From Sphyrna mokarran (lineage: Eukaryota), in the NCBI GenBank assembly GCA_024679065.1, contig JAGIQG010000003.1, positions 88,784,001-88,848,000 of the forward strand: a stretch of 64,000 nucleotides of DNA. The letters are read 5' to 3'. A model generated the notes under the pieces. It was not told the origin of the DNA and made no database searches. It was given only the letters and a program-made list of their open reading frames with translations. Positions 24,058 through 37,280 of the stretch are shown piece by piece (position 1 is the first letter of the stretch; every line of letters starts with the position of its first letter). A program made the translations under genes and the position numbers.

Positions 24058-25201
24058 CTGAAATATATATAACAGTCTCAAAAACTCGAGATGAGATGAT
24101 CGGTTGGCTACACAACAACAATAAATGGGCTGTTAAGTTACTTCATATTTACTGGGACATCAGAAAGTTTTAATGTTTCATTTTCAAATAAAGTGAAAAT
24201 GTTTTTACAAAGATCTACTGCAATAAGACATTCTCAGTTGTTGCAGCCCACTGCACATACTGTAAGAATATTCCAAGTCATCACAGGGAGTTGTGCGTCA
24301 AGCCGATATCTTTGAATGCTTTTTAATATCAGTTTTCTATACATGTATGTTATGCTGATACTGCCCAAATAATATTCCAATAATTCAGCCGAAGCTCCAT
24401 ACAAAATGGCTGTGTTAATAAAGAAAAGAAAATTAAAGCATCATATTAAATATTTGCAGTAGTACTTCTAACAGAAGCACACAATAGCTGGAGAGGGCAT
24501 TGGTATGACATTCCAAAAATCACTTGCCCTAAGGGAAGCAGAAACACCTCTGAAATCAGTAAATGTTTCCTTCATTCACTACCCTGAACGACTAAATGCT
24601 CCAAGAGGACAAAACCGCCAGAAACAGCTTTGCTTCAAATTCCAGGTGGATTTCCAAGTTGCCAATCATCAATCAATAGATCGAAGAAGCATTTAGCAAC
24701 TGTGTGAAATATTCCACAGAGAAGCTACAAATACTATCCAGAACTTTTTAATCAGCAGTCCTCCATGATTGCCGCAGATCCTGTAGAGCATTCTGCAATC
24801 AATCATAATAGGTTTTTTTCGTAGCATTTGCCAACAATGCTGCATTACCTATCCTGGACTTTGCATCTCACTAAATATTGCAAATGTCACAACAGTGTCC
24901 ATTAACAATGGTAACCTCATGCTGGTGGTCCTCTTTCTCAAGCTCCCAACCATTAATTAATAGCCAGCAAGAAAATCCAGATCTGATCATTTTGTCAGCC
25001 AGATTCACACTGAACTTCTGATCAGGAGTTCTGCACAGAGAACTATGAGGCCTGTCTAGATAGGCTGAGATGAAAAACCAACTTCCATTGGTCTCACTGA
25101 TGGCGGTGTTGGGAAGGTGCGATTTCAAGGGGTAAAGGCCAGGTTAAAAAGTATCCTGTCTCAAAGATAAGTCTGGACAACAAATGTAATGAGGATTGCA
25201 A

Positions 25202-25244
25202 GTGTCTGCGTGCGTGTGCGTGTGTCTGCGTGTGTGCGTGTATA
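25202..25244. repeat. Imperfect (TG/CG)n microsatellite
   Basis: gtgtctgcgtgcgtgtgcgtgtgtctgcgtgtgtgcgtgtata. Confidence 0.85.
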
Positions 25245-25599
25245 ATAAATTTACATTATATACACAAAGGTAAAATAGCAACACTGTGAACAATACACCT
25301 CATCCCCACCTTTGTGGGCCTAATCTCCAAGCCTTGACCATCCCCTCGGATGCTAGTTTAGGTTGAAACAGGGCAAAATGCAATACGTTACATCAGGGTC
25401 AAAAGCTGAAGTCCTAGCTAATGCAAACAGATATTTAGGCTGCAGTTCACTCCCTGCTCTTGTGGCTTTGAATATATTCATCATTTCCAATTCTGACTGA
25501 GTAAAATAAGTTGCAAGCAGATTAAAAAAAAAACAATCAGCAAAAGAAGTTAATTAAGCTTAATTTAAACCCAAAGCAACTTTTAGTCATAACAAATAA

Positions 25600-25930
25600 A
25601 ATAGGATAATCAGATCTGGAGGCCAATCAGCCCCTTGAATCTATTCCACCATTCAATTTGATCAAGTATAGTTTATCTCCACTGCAACTGCATTCACCTG
25701 CTTTGGTTCCATATTCCTCAAAATGACATCTTTAGGAACAGAATTTTGATTGTTTCTGAATGGCCCAGCTCCAACTTTAAGAATACGCCACTAGTTCTGA
25801 ACTTCCCTACCAAATAAAATAGTTTTTCCCTACCTATCCTAATAAATGCTTTAATCATCTTTGACACCTCAATTAAAAGGCCTGCAGGAAGCACCAGCCA
25901 AGTATAGCCTAATCTAGCCTGTATGCAACC
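25600..25930 (-). mobile_element. CR1 LINE 3' fragment
   Basis: ggccaatcagccccttgaatc tail; ORF 25718..25939 LIEV.KMIK.F.R..REKLF..V...RT.G is the CR1 ORF2 C-terminus. Confidence 0.7.
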
Positions 25931-25984
25931 AGCCCTCATCCCTCATCTTATTTAATCCTTGAATCACTCTGAAACTATTCTTTC

Positions 25985-26282
25985 CACTCATTCATGGGAT
26001 GTGGGCATTGCTGACTAAGCCAAAACTTATTGCCCATCCCCAAGGGCATTTAGTAGTCAACTATATCACGATGGTTCTGGAATCACGTGGTCCAGATTTC
26101 CTTCCCTAAAGGCCATTGTGAACCAGATGTGTTTTTAACGTCAATTGATTCATAGTCACCATTAAACTTTTAATTGAATTCAAATTTCACCACCTGCTGT
26201 AGTGGGATTTGAACCTGGGTCTCCAGAGCATTATCCTGGATCTCTAAAATAGATTACCAATGACCTAGACACTATGCCATTG
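25985..26282 (-). mobile_element. tRNA-derived SINE (second family)
   Basis: Reverse head gggatttgaacctgggtctccagagcatta...; core gatttccttccctaaagg..attgtgaaccagatg; tail gggatgtgggcattgctg. Copies at 40160, 43350 and 54725. Confidence 0.75.
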
Positions 26283-26516
26283 CAGATCATTAAAGCTGAC
26301 AAGCACCATCACAAATTATAATGCAGAAAGAAGCTGGTGTGTACTGGCTGCATATTCTTCCCCACAGAACTTCATTCAGATGTCTGTGCAGGGACTCGAT
26401 AATACCGAAGAAGGAAGGATGTTATTTTTTGTGCCAGGTTAAGAAACTACATACATTACAAAATAACAACAGTGGCAATCCCAATTATCCTTTGGCACAA
26501 ACTCCAATTTTGCCAG

Positions 26517-26822
26517 TCATAGAACCGTACAGTGCAGAAGGAAGCCATTCGGCCCCATGAAGTCTGTGCTGACCACACCCCCACCCAGGCCCTAACCCCA
26601 TAATCCCATGTATTTACTATAGCTAGTCCCTTGACATTAAGGGGCAATTTAGCATGCCAATCCACCTAACCCGTACATTTTCAGACTGTGGAAAGAAACT
26701 GGAGCGCCCGAAGTCATGCAGAAACAGGGAGAATGTGCAAACTCCGCACAGTAACCCACGCCAGGTATTGAATCTGGGTCCCTAGCAAAGTGAGGCAGCA
26801 GCGCTGACCACCATGCTGCCCA
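26517..26822 (-). mobile_element. HE1-like V-SINE (type A tail)
   Basis: tcatagaaccgtacagtgcagaaggaagccattcggccc...ggggcaatttagcatgccaatccacctaacc...gaggcagcagcgctgaccacc. Confidence 0.85.
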
Positions 26823-28914
26823 TTCATTTTTTCAATGAGTTATTTTTGGATTTAATTATAAACTCAGAAGCTAAAATCAAGATTAAACAGAAGTGGGGAG
26901 AGGGGTAGGGGTAAATCGAAGTACTTTAATTGATTGAAAAGCCAACTCAATGCATGGTTAAAGTTTTGGCAAGGATTTTAACCTCCTCTCTTTGGAGGAA
27001 TATATAGGAAGACTTGTTAGAACTATACCCGTATGGAAAGAAAAAACCAGAGGGACTGCTGAACAGTGGTCAGTGAAGATTAATACCGAATGATTGACAA
27101 CCACAAAACAGAGCCATAAACATCTGTTCACCTCGCACACTGATTTTGATGTGGTAACGATGCAGAAACTAGCATTTCAATCTGTTCAAAGCCACTGAAG
27201 AATTGTTTCTGGCATTTATTTGTTCTTTTAGATGGAACTTGACATATTTTGCTCTCTAGGAGAAATGAACTAGGATGGACCATTAACAACAGAGGAAGGA
27301 CAGCAACTACGGGTTAATGATAGAAGCACTTTACACAAGGCTCAGCCCACTTCGAAGTCCCTCGGGACGGGGGGTGGAAAAAGGCAACACAGTAATTTGA
27401 GGTGAACTAATAAACAGATACCAAGTGAGGCCAAACCATGTTCAAAGTGCGATATACAAACTAAGAAAATGAGTTCTAAGATTGCTGAGGGACATTTAAA
27501 AAAACAAATCAAGTAATAGATATGGTAATTAAACTCTAAAAAGTTGGAGTCTGCACGCAGGTTTCAAAAAGTTTTTCCGAGAGCTTGGAAATGAGTTGGA
27601 TTTGTATGGCATCAGGAAGAAATGTTCTAAATCTTTGCAGGGATAATGTCTCTGTCGTGTATGTGTGTGTTAAAAAACAAAATGGTTTTATGCCCAAACC
27701 CTACTTAGACAACTTCTTTGAACCACACACCACATCAGCAAAGCTACTGTATGCACAATACAAATACATTTAACTTTTTGCAATGTTGTTTCTAATAGCC
27801 ATTAAGAATAGAAGTGGAGTCGGCCCCTCAGCTTTTACCCCATTACCCTAGATAATTTAATAAAAATCGCAACAACAATTCTTCATCTTTTTGGAGGGGG
27901 CGGTGGTGCGGAAAGAGTTGGGAATTATTGAGGGGAGTTCAAGATTAGCATTAGTCTTTGTGTGACGATTTCATTCTGAAATGGCTTTAAGATTATGCCC
28001 CTGATTCTTGGCTCCCCACCCTCACACACCCTTGACGCACAAAATAAAATTGGGGAACTAATCAATTTTGAGGACATTGGCTATTTACCCACTGATAATT
28101 AGTTCATGAATTGATCTGCTAAATGTACAAACGTTGCAATATTGGATTGCAGCAGCATATTATTTCAAATGTATTACAGCTACTGCCTTCACGTGGAATG
28201 AGTATATTAATGAAGCTGACTTTGTTAAATAACAGGGAAACACAAAGGCAAGTGTCTGGTTTGATCATAATTACCAAGAATGTGACACAAAATTCCAGCT
28301 TTAATTCCTTCACCAACCTCCCTTAAGATTCCACCTACAAAGAAGTTCTTCAACTCATGCCTGCGTATTACTGTTACTTCAAAGTTCATAGAACAAGTGA
28401 ACTGCCTAATATTTTCCCATGAAAGAACCTTTGGATGTCTGCCAATTACTTCCAAGGAATCATTTGACTGTGTTTCATCACCATGTCTGTATAAACACTC
28501 ACAAACATTTGTGCAATGCAAGAGAGTCCAGCGTGGGCTGATTATACAGAGGTTTTCCAGGAACAAAAAGCTGAATTACGATAGGGAGTTTCATGAGTTC
28601 TGGGGAAACGCTGTTTTCCCCATTTTCTCTGTTTCCCTTTAATGTGACTAAGTGCATATCTTTAGGGAGACCCAATGAATAGACATCATCACAGGTGTGG
28701 CTAGTGACGCTTCTTGGTTAATATTCAAAGTTGCAATTCACCAAGGGAATTATCGAATCCCTTCACTCCTGCATGCCTCAGACAATTGGTGTTGAGTCTT
28801 ATATTAATTGAGAACTAATCAAATTCTAGTCTCTTTTCAACTTTCAGAACACCACTGGCAGAGTAGAATCATCCCACCCACTTTGAGTATCCCTTGATTA
28901 TGTATTTCACAGTC

Positions 28915-29780
28915 ATAGAATAGTATACGCAAGCCATTAGGTCTGCTGCAACTCTTTCCAACAGCAATCTAACTTGTTGCACCTCCCATTCTTTCCCCAT
29001 GTCCCTGCAATCTTTTAATCATTTCAACATATAGCCAATTCCCTTTTGAAACCACTACTGAATCCTACCCACCATCCTAGTGCACACTGTAGTCCAAATT
29101 CTAACCAGTTGTTGTTTTGAAAAAAAATTATTTAACATCATTTCTGATGCTTTTGTTAATCATTTCAAATATTTACCCTCCGCTCAGTGACCCTTCAGGC
29201 ATTGGTAGCAATTTCATTTCACACACTATCCAAACAACTACTATTTTAAACCCCACTATCAAATCTCTTCTTCGTGTTCTCTGATTGAAGGGGAATAATT
29301 TTAACTTCTGTGCTTTATCCAGCTGTAACTTCTCATTCCTGGAACCATGCTGTTAAATCTCTTCTGTACTCTCTTCAAAACTTGTGTGACATGTCTAAAA
29401 TGCGATGCCCAGAATTGATTGGAATATTCCAAATGGGGAAGAACTAGTGTTTTGTACAGGCTCAGTATCACTTTTAACTGCTTTGTTTGTCTAGCGTGCA
29501 ACTCCCAACGATTTGTGCACAAGCACCCCTAGGTCTCACTATTCTTGCAACCCAAACTAAAAGTTGGTTGTACTGCTGCCACCCCTCATTCTTCTTACTA
29601 AACGTTTTCACCTCATGCTTTGCGTTGAATTTCAATTGCCTTGTGTCTGCCCATTCCACTCGCCTCTCTATGTCGTCCAGAAGTTTATGAACATCTTCCT
29701 CACCATTTGTTACACTTCCAAGTTTCATTATGCCCCTGCAAATTTTAAAATTGTGCCCTGCACCCTAAGTCATTAATGTA
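28915..29780 (-). mobile_element. CR1 LINE RT/3' fragment
   Basis: ORF relics LYKTLVLPHLEY..QFW......LKRVQKRF..MVPGM and KLG.V...ED...L.DD......WA...QLKFN..K. Confidence 0.85.
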
Positions 29781-32548
29781 TGTTTATGAACATTTATCAG
29801 CTATTTCTTTAAATAAAAAGTTTGATACAAACAATGTCTTGGTGGGTTAACCTCTCCCACAAGTAAACCAACCAGTTTCTCGAACGTCCTTGTAGATGTA
29901 TGGTTGTCTTACAGCCAACATGAGACATGTTTAAGTAGACTTTCCTCTGACACCAACAGTCAGAAAAGTTTGTGCAAGTTCTTAGATCACATTGCAATAC
30001 ATTCCTTTTCTGTAGTAAATGCACTTATTTCAACCAGGATTCAATTAATGCTTTTTAATGCTCTTTCTCCACAAAAAGAATCATTTCTTGGAGGTATGCT
30101 TTAGACTTGTGAAAACCTATCATTGTTACAATACACCTTTGCAAGCAAACTAGTCATAAATGCTATTCATAAGCTCTCTGATTTTAGGTTAACCTGATGA
30201 TTACCACCCAAAAGGCAACTCCTAACATTAGAGTTAAATCTGATAAAAATCAATGTCAGCGTATCGTAGCTCTGGTATGACATATAAATCACTTTTGCCT
30301 TTCAGTTAACGTGCACATCACCGATCCTCAGATTATAAATGTCACCGTTCTCTGTGCTGCAGTCGAACCTTGTTAAGGCCTCCGAGCAATTAAGAGGGAG
30401 CATTGATGGATTTAATAACTTCTGTTATGTCATAAATCAGCAGCTGTCTTAGTTCAAGTTACAGGCATCCTGCTAATGGAGTAGAAACGAGTGGGCTGGA
30501 GTTATAGCACACCTTCAGCATTTGTTTATTTGAGTAAACAATAAGCATCTGCAATGCATCTCAAAATATAACAGTGCGAGCACACTCAGTAGCTGCTTAG
30601 CTCAATGCCTCCTTCACTACATGCAACTGGAACAAACTCCACTCGGTCTGCGGGAGGAGACGTTGGAAAAATACTTGATGTACCCATTCATAGTAACATT
30701 AGATTTTGAGACAATAGCATTTGTCAAAATTAAAATGTATTTTGTTTGTTCCTTCTAAAATTACTAGAGTGGATAACTTTTTTTTAATCATTATGCTTAA
30801 CTTTTAATCTGAGAAATTATGTACTTTCTGACTAGAATTAAAGAAAACTCTAAATCTTAAATTCCAAATTATTTACTCCACAGTTTGGAACTCATCCACT
30901 CTTGGAGGTTTTAATGCTACCTCCAGGAGTGTTTCAGGTGAAGAATGTGGATGCATTTAACAGAAAGCTGGATAAGTTCATGAAGCAGAAAGGAATAGAA
31001 GGCTATGTCAGTATGGTTAAATAAGACACAGTGGGAGGAAGCTCGTGTGAAGCACTGAGTGGTATGTTACTGTGTGGTAAATTGTATGTAATTTGATTCT
31101 ATGCAAGTATGGTTTAAGTTACTGTAGTTATTTTTGTACCCTATTAGTAAGACCTCCTGAACTCCCCTGGTAACCTGACCGAAGACAGCTGCTGAGTGCT
31201 GGCAAAGCAGAAGCTGTTGAATCCAGCAATGGTCTCTTTTAATTACTTGGAGTTCCATGCCAGGACTTCAAGTACAGCACAGAGACTGGTGACATTTGCA
31301 ATCTGAGGTAACTTTTCCCTGTGGTAATTTTAAAAATGTGTACACAGTTTTCTGAGGTAAACCAATGAGCAGAGGCTGATTTGGCCTTGGCTTTGTGCAG
31401 TATATCTGCAAAGCCAACAGCAGGATATCTGATGCTACTTCAGCTACCATATAGCCAGCTATCTGTCTGGATTCAATTAAATGACAAGGTGTTGGCAATA
31501 ACTGATGCTTGGGAAAAAAAACTGGTTGAAATGTGCCATTTCTGCACATCTTGGAGACAGCTTGTTATTGGTTTGGCTGTCCCAACTGGCTTCCAATCTG
31601 TCTTGCTCCACTGCATTTGTTTAATAATCTCTCAACGTTCAGTAAATGCAAAGTATTAATCCACTGTGTCAGTAATATAGATGCTTGAGATCAGGATTCC
31701 AACTTATTCTGGTCATGTTGATGTCAAACTATTATTAACTACGTTAATAACACCCAAGCTTCAGAAGTTAGCACAACATCCAAAAATAATGTGATGTTCG
31801 CTATTAGCCTCTCTTCTTTGAGGATCTCTCTAACTTATGGGAGCAGTATTATAAAGAACTGAATCTTCAACACTTAAAGGGGAGATCATCTCAAGCCAGC
31901 AATTACGAAAGACTCAATCTCACAATGAATACGTTTGTTTGGTATCTTTTCTGATGCAAGGCACTCTGCCTGTTTCTGGAATGGCACAGCTTGTAACAAA
32001 TTGTTAAGTTCAGGCAAGGATAAGAAGCCACAAGATCTTTGCAGACAAATTGTACTAAAATAGACGAGAGTGTTCCAAATCTGAAAAATTAGCTTGAACG
32101 CTTTCAATAGACTGGGTGTTTGGTCAGAAATTCCATTAGTCTTTGTTGAAAAAAATTCACTGAGATTTCACGGATATCTCAAAGGCATGTCTATGGTAGT
32201 CACCAAATACGTTCCATCTATACCATGGCTGTCCCTTAAGCATCCAGTCAAGTTTCACAACGTACAATTTTTAAGAAATTGTGGGGCCCATTTATAATCT
32301 GCCATAAAATTAGAAGCACTGTTAGTTACTTTCATCATTTAATCATTCCTGCTCTCAACTCCATTGCTGATCTTTCCCTTTAGGTCTTTATCCCTGGCTA
32401 TTACTTGCATGAAATTTGTTTACAGCAAACATCTTCCAGGTCATTAACCAGAAATATGATCTCAGATTCTGTCACCACAGACTCTGCAACTAACCTCAAG
32501 GACTTATATCATGTGGTTGCTGGATTGCGGCAAAAAGGTATATCTTAC

Positions 32549-32681
32549 CTCGTTCAAGAGATTTGTTGATCCCTCCTGCTGACAGTGGACCATTGTGAAA
32601 ATTAGTCAGGCTGTCTCTTCTACCTACTGACCTGACGTTGCCATGGTAACGATTGACCAAGATCTGCCTTAGAGCTTCACC
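32549..32681 (-). CDS. ITPR1: ITPR1 internal coding exon (133 nt, phase 0 to 1): [44 protein letters not shown]
   Basis: Matches IP3R1 GEALRQ.LVNRY.GN.R..GRRESLT.F.NGPLS.GG, a type-1-specific stretch. Acceptor ttgtttttgccttgccaAG at 32682-32683, donor GAG|GTAAGA at 32547-32548. Not in the ORF track. Confidence 0.95.
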
Positions 32682-33289
32682 CTTGGCAAGGCAAAAACAA
32701 ACGTGTTAGACAAGCAGAGACTACAGAACTTAGAGACGACGAACAGGTGTAATTTTAAACCACTGACGACAAAAGAAAATGCAACATTAGTGAAAGTAGT
32801 CATACTGCAGGACAACACGAAGAAGCATTTTAGGACTCTTGACGAGCACAAAATATACCACCTCAAAATCGACATGCTCATTGAAGGAAAGCACCTCTTC
32901 CTAGCCAGTGTAACCAAAGATGATTCAACGATAACTAGATTAAAGTATGTGTATTGTCATGGGCAAGCGAATGGTGGTCTAGACAAAAGCAGATGTAGGG
33001 CTGCCAGATACCAAGATTCAAAATCAATATCTGCCTCATCTCCAAGTTATCCTCTTTTCACTACAAAATACACAGCAAGATACAGCATTATACTTTGGGA
33101 GATCTACTATTACTGTTCACAAATTTCCTTAAGTGAGTGGCAAAAAAAATTCTACTTCAGATTTGTATTCCAACATAGCACAGAAGCATCAGAATATTTA
33201 TGAAGATATTCAAGACAGGAAAGTGAGATGAAAAAAGTTTGATTATGAATCCCATATCCACTCCACCACCAAAACTTGATTCTTATTTC

Positions 33290-33845
33290 CAGCCAGTCTC
33301 AGCCCATCTGCTTCTGAAACCTCTTCAATACATCTATTTACAACACTTCCAAACACCTTCTGGCCTCTGATCAACCACCCTCTGCAAAGCACAAATTTCA
33401 TTCAAAACTTCATCATCCATATCCTAACATGAAGTCCTGTTCACCCATCATCCTTTGTGCTCGCCTAACCCAGTTTGGGGCTCCCAGCCTGGTATCTATG
33501 AATTTAAAAATTCTTATTTTGGTGTTCAAACCCCTCCAAAGCTTCCTTGCTTCCCAACTCTGTAGTCTCTTCCATCCTCAGAGGATTTTACATTTCTGCA
33601 ATTCTGACTTTTAATACAGGCTCCAATTTCCTTCATTTTACCGTGTGCAACATTTGCTGCCCGAACTTCCTGAATACTTCTGTCTCACTGTACCCTCCTC
33701 CATGATGGTGCTCCTTAAAGCCTAGCTTTGTGACCAACCCAACCTTTTGGTCTCCTATGTAATTCTCTACAGCTTGGTGACAAATTTTGTTTGATACCAC
33801 TTCTTCCAAGTGCCTTGGAACATTTTACTATGTTAAAGTTGAGTC
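33290..33845 (+). mobile_element. L2-like LINE 3' fragment
   Basis: HITP-like/LKILILVFK.L relic (ORF 33429..33614) and L2-type tail (aagtgccttggaacattttactatgttaaag). Confidence 0.65.
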
Positions 33846-35257
33846 TTGTTAATTTTGTTAAGGGAATTGGGGTGACTGTATTTACAGAAAGAGGTCACAA
33901 TCCTAGTAAGAGGATGACATTAGATCTTGCACCAGGTACGTAAACCATTATATCGTCATTAGATACAAAGGGAGTTTTCCATCCTTACTTCTTTGGATCA
34001 AAACTGTAAAATCAGAGACCAAAATTGAAAATAGCCAAATATAAAATGGTAGCTAAAGAGCACACTGAAGCTTAAAGAACTCTAGCATTCAGCCTTTGAT
34101 AGAATATCAAAGAGCTTTGAAAATAGAAGAATCCAGACATGAGAATGACTATACTCACTTAATAAACGTTTCTTCATTTATTTTCTCTTAGATATGAATT
34201 CCATCTCAAAATGCAAGTCAGGAGATGGCAGGGCATCTTAGAGCAGTACTGCAATGATGAGCTTGACTTGCATTGTCAAGTCAAGACTGCAAAGTTTTGT
34301 AGAACCATAAAGGTTGTCTGCAGATGGCATCAAGAAAAATCCTTTGCGTATGTAATGAATTAATGAATGTGTTTCAGCCTTTGCCGATGGCTCAGCATCA
34401 GAAGTTTCATTAAAAAAAGTGTCAAGCTTCATTCTATTACTTGCTGAGTCAAACTTGTGTTTAGTAATTGGGCCCTGTATCAAATGCCTCTCTCTTGACA
34501 GCTCAGTAAATAAGTGCACCATGGGATTTGATGCTCAGTAATTGTAACCAGGGATTTCTATGGCTCAATTATTAGGCTGCGCTGTTCTTAGCTAGAGATG
34601 CTCAGGTTTATTTCAGTGAGCCACAGAGAAATGACTGTAAAGGAGGAAGTAGCAGCAGGTTGCAAAAACTAGTATTCCAAATGCTCTCTATTGTCAACTG
34701 CCCTTGCCAGCTTGCACTCATCTGCGAACCTTAAATGTTAATGAGGTTACACTTCCACTGTCACAATGTTCAGTGGCACCCACTGCCTGACTTCGCCAAT
34801 AAGGAATAGTCACTTTGAAGTGGTTTCACAAGGTTGGCAGCAGGTGTAAAAGAATTCCCCAAATTTACCTATCTTCGAAAGACATAGTTTAATGCATATG
34901 TCAATGAATGTATAACCTATGGAACGCTAATTCAGTTTCCACTGATGCTCTTTGGAATCAGTTAGAAAATAAATTTGAAAATGAAGAGCCAGTACCACTA
35001 AAAGTAAGAAGCGCTGATTGTTGTTGAAAACTTAAAGGGTTCATTAATTTATTCTGCTAGCTTTACCTGGATTTGACCTACTTGTAATTCCAATCTTATC
35101 CAATTTTGGCTCTTAGTTGTCTATTGGACGACCGAGCAAGTCACTCAGTTGTATCCAGACCACTACAAAACACAATTTATTGAGATTTTATAAAGCAGTC
35201 CCCCACCTTCTCAGGGCACGAGGGGATTGGGAAAACGTATCAGCCTTACCAAAGCTT

Positions 35258-35538
35258 TTGAAGTTTATTTAATTAGTGTCAAAATAGACTTACATTAACA
35301 CTGCAATGAAGTTACCATGAAAATCCCTTAGTCGCTACACTCCGGTGCCCGTTCAGATACACTCAGGGAGAATTTAGCATGGCCATTGCACCTAACTAGC
35401 ATGTCTTTCAGGCTGTGGGAGAAAACCCATGCAAACACAGGAAAAGAACTTGCAGGTTCTGCTCAGACAGTGACCCAAGCTGGGAACCAAACCTGAGTCC
35501 CTGGCACTGAGGCAGCAGTGCTAACTATTATGCCACCC
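35258..35538 (-). mobile_element. V-SINE (type B tail)
   Basis: gaagtttatttaattagtgtc...cttacattaacactgcaatgaagttacc; head gaggcagcagtgctaac...tgccaccc. Confidence 0.85.
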
Positions 35539-36379
35539 AAATGCCCATATTTTAAAAGTAAAAAATATAATGGGATCTGGGGAAATATAAAGCTGCCTAA
35601 AGCAACTGGTATGCTGGATTTGAACAAAATGGAGCACAAAGTCCTTGCAAAGAAAAGAAATATCTATCTTTATCTGGACAAGCAATTGGCTGGTGACATT
35701 TCATCATGTCTGTTCGTAGAATAGGCAGCAATGCTAACCACCGTGTCACCACGCAACACAAGAATTGAAAAGATATGGCTCTGTTGTGACAAAAACTGAG
35801 GATAGGAATGGAATGGAAAACAAATCTTGGGACATCTAAAGTAAAGAAAAATCCAGGGTATACTCCTGCACCACAGCCATGTTAGAAATACGTAGCTGGA
35901 GCTAGAAGAACGAGAGTCACCATCTCCATTTTGCATGATTCAAGGCAGATCCATACTGGGCTGATCAAAAAGCACTGTAGCTACAATTTTCCCATAGCCT
36001 CGATTTTCTCAACGAAGAGTTTTGCAAAAGCTGTGTCATGAAAATTGACACAAGAAGAACTGATGAGAGCAGTTCTAAAGAGTACAAAAATCCAACAAGC
36101 AACGACAAAACAGGATGCTGGGGTCAAAAAGTAGAACTGTTGTCCACAATAGAAGTGGAAAGGAAAACAGTGAGAATCAAGAACAAGAGAGTGCATCACA
36201 CCAATGATGTCCTACAGCTTGTTATTTTGAGCAGTGACTTGCATGGAATGGTAACATAAATGACTAAAAATTGGACTCCTCAATCTTTTCAACTAATAAA
36301 TCAGTGTCTGGTTAATGGATCGATGAACCGCCATAAGTTGTTGAAAACCTCAACTTGATTGTTCAATGTGACCAAAAAT

Positions 36380-37280
36380 AACATCTAGTATTTATAACAT
36401 AATAAAGCATCTCAAGGTACTTCACAGAAGCATTATAAAACAAAATTTGATAGAATCATATAAGGAGATACTAGGATAACTGACCAAGAATTTGGTCAAG
36501 GAGATAGATTTTAAAGAAGGAAAAGGAGGTAGAGAGGAGCAGGGGCTTCAACTTGGGGCCAAGACAACTCCCAGCACAGGTACCAAAGTGGATTGATTAG
36601 ACATCAAGATGCTCATGAAATCAGAATTGGAAATCAGATATTTGGGAGGGTTGAGATGCTGGAGGAGGTTTCAGAGAAAGGGAGGAACTAGGTAACAAGG
36701 CCTAGATGATATTTCAGAAGGACAATGAGACCCTTAAAGTTTGCTTAATTGGGAGCCAATGTCGGACAGCGACTACAGGATGAACAGGACTTGGGTGTGA
36801 AGAAAGAAAGATCGCAGACTGCCGAGTTTTGGATGATCTTAAGTTCTGAAGGACCAAACATGGGAATCCAACAGGAAAACTCTGGACGAGTCAAATCTAG
36901 GAAGTAGCAAGGACACAAATATGGGTCTCATCAGCAAATAAGCAAGAGGTAAGGATGGAGTTGAGGGATTAAAAAGGTGCACGTAAATAGTCTTAATGAT
37001 GAGAAGGATACACAATCAGAAGTTCATCTCGAGGTCAAATACAGCATCAAGATTGGAATGATCTGGTTCAGCCTCAGACAATCATCATGAAGAGGGATGG
37101 GGGCAGTGGCTAGGTAACAAAATAAGGAGTGGGACTGAACACAGCGGCTTCAATCAGCGCAATCGTTAACTGGAGGGAATTTCTGCTCACCCAGTAATGC
37201 ATGGCTGAACAACTGGTCAGACAGGTTGGGGAAATGGGAGCATCAGGAATAGCAGTAACGAGGCAGAACTGGGTATAATG
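36380..37280 (-). mobile_element. L2-like LINE 3' portion
   Basis: L2-type tail at about 36380 and decayed RT C-terminal sequence (gagtcaaatctagg, aggtcaaatacagcatcaag). Confidence 0.6.

Noticed and set aside
32703-33203. Longest ORF (166 aa, plus strand)
   Set aside because: Non-ATG start, no recognisable domain, antisense to an intron next to a splice acceptor; compatible with chance.
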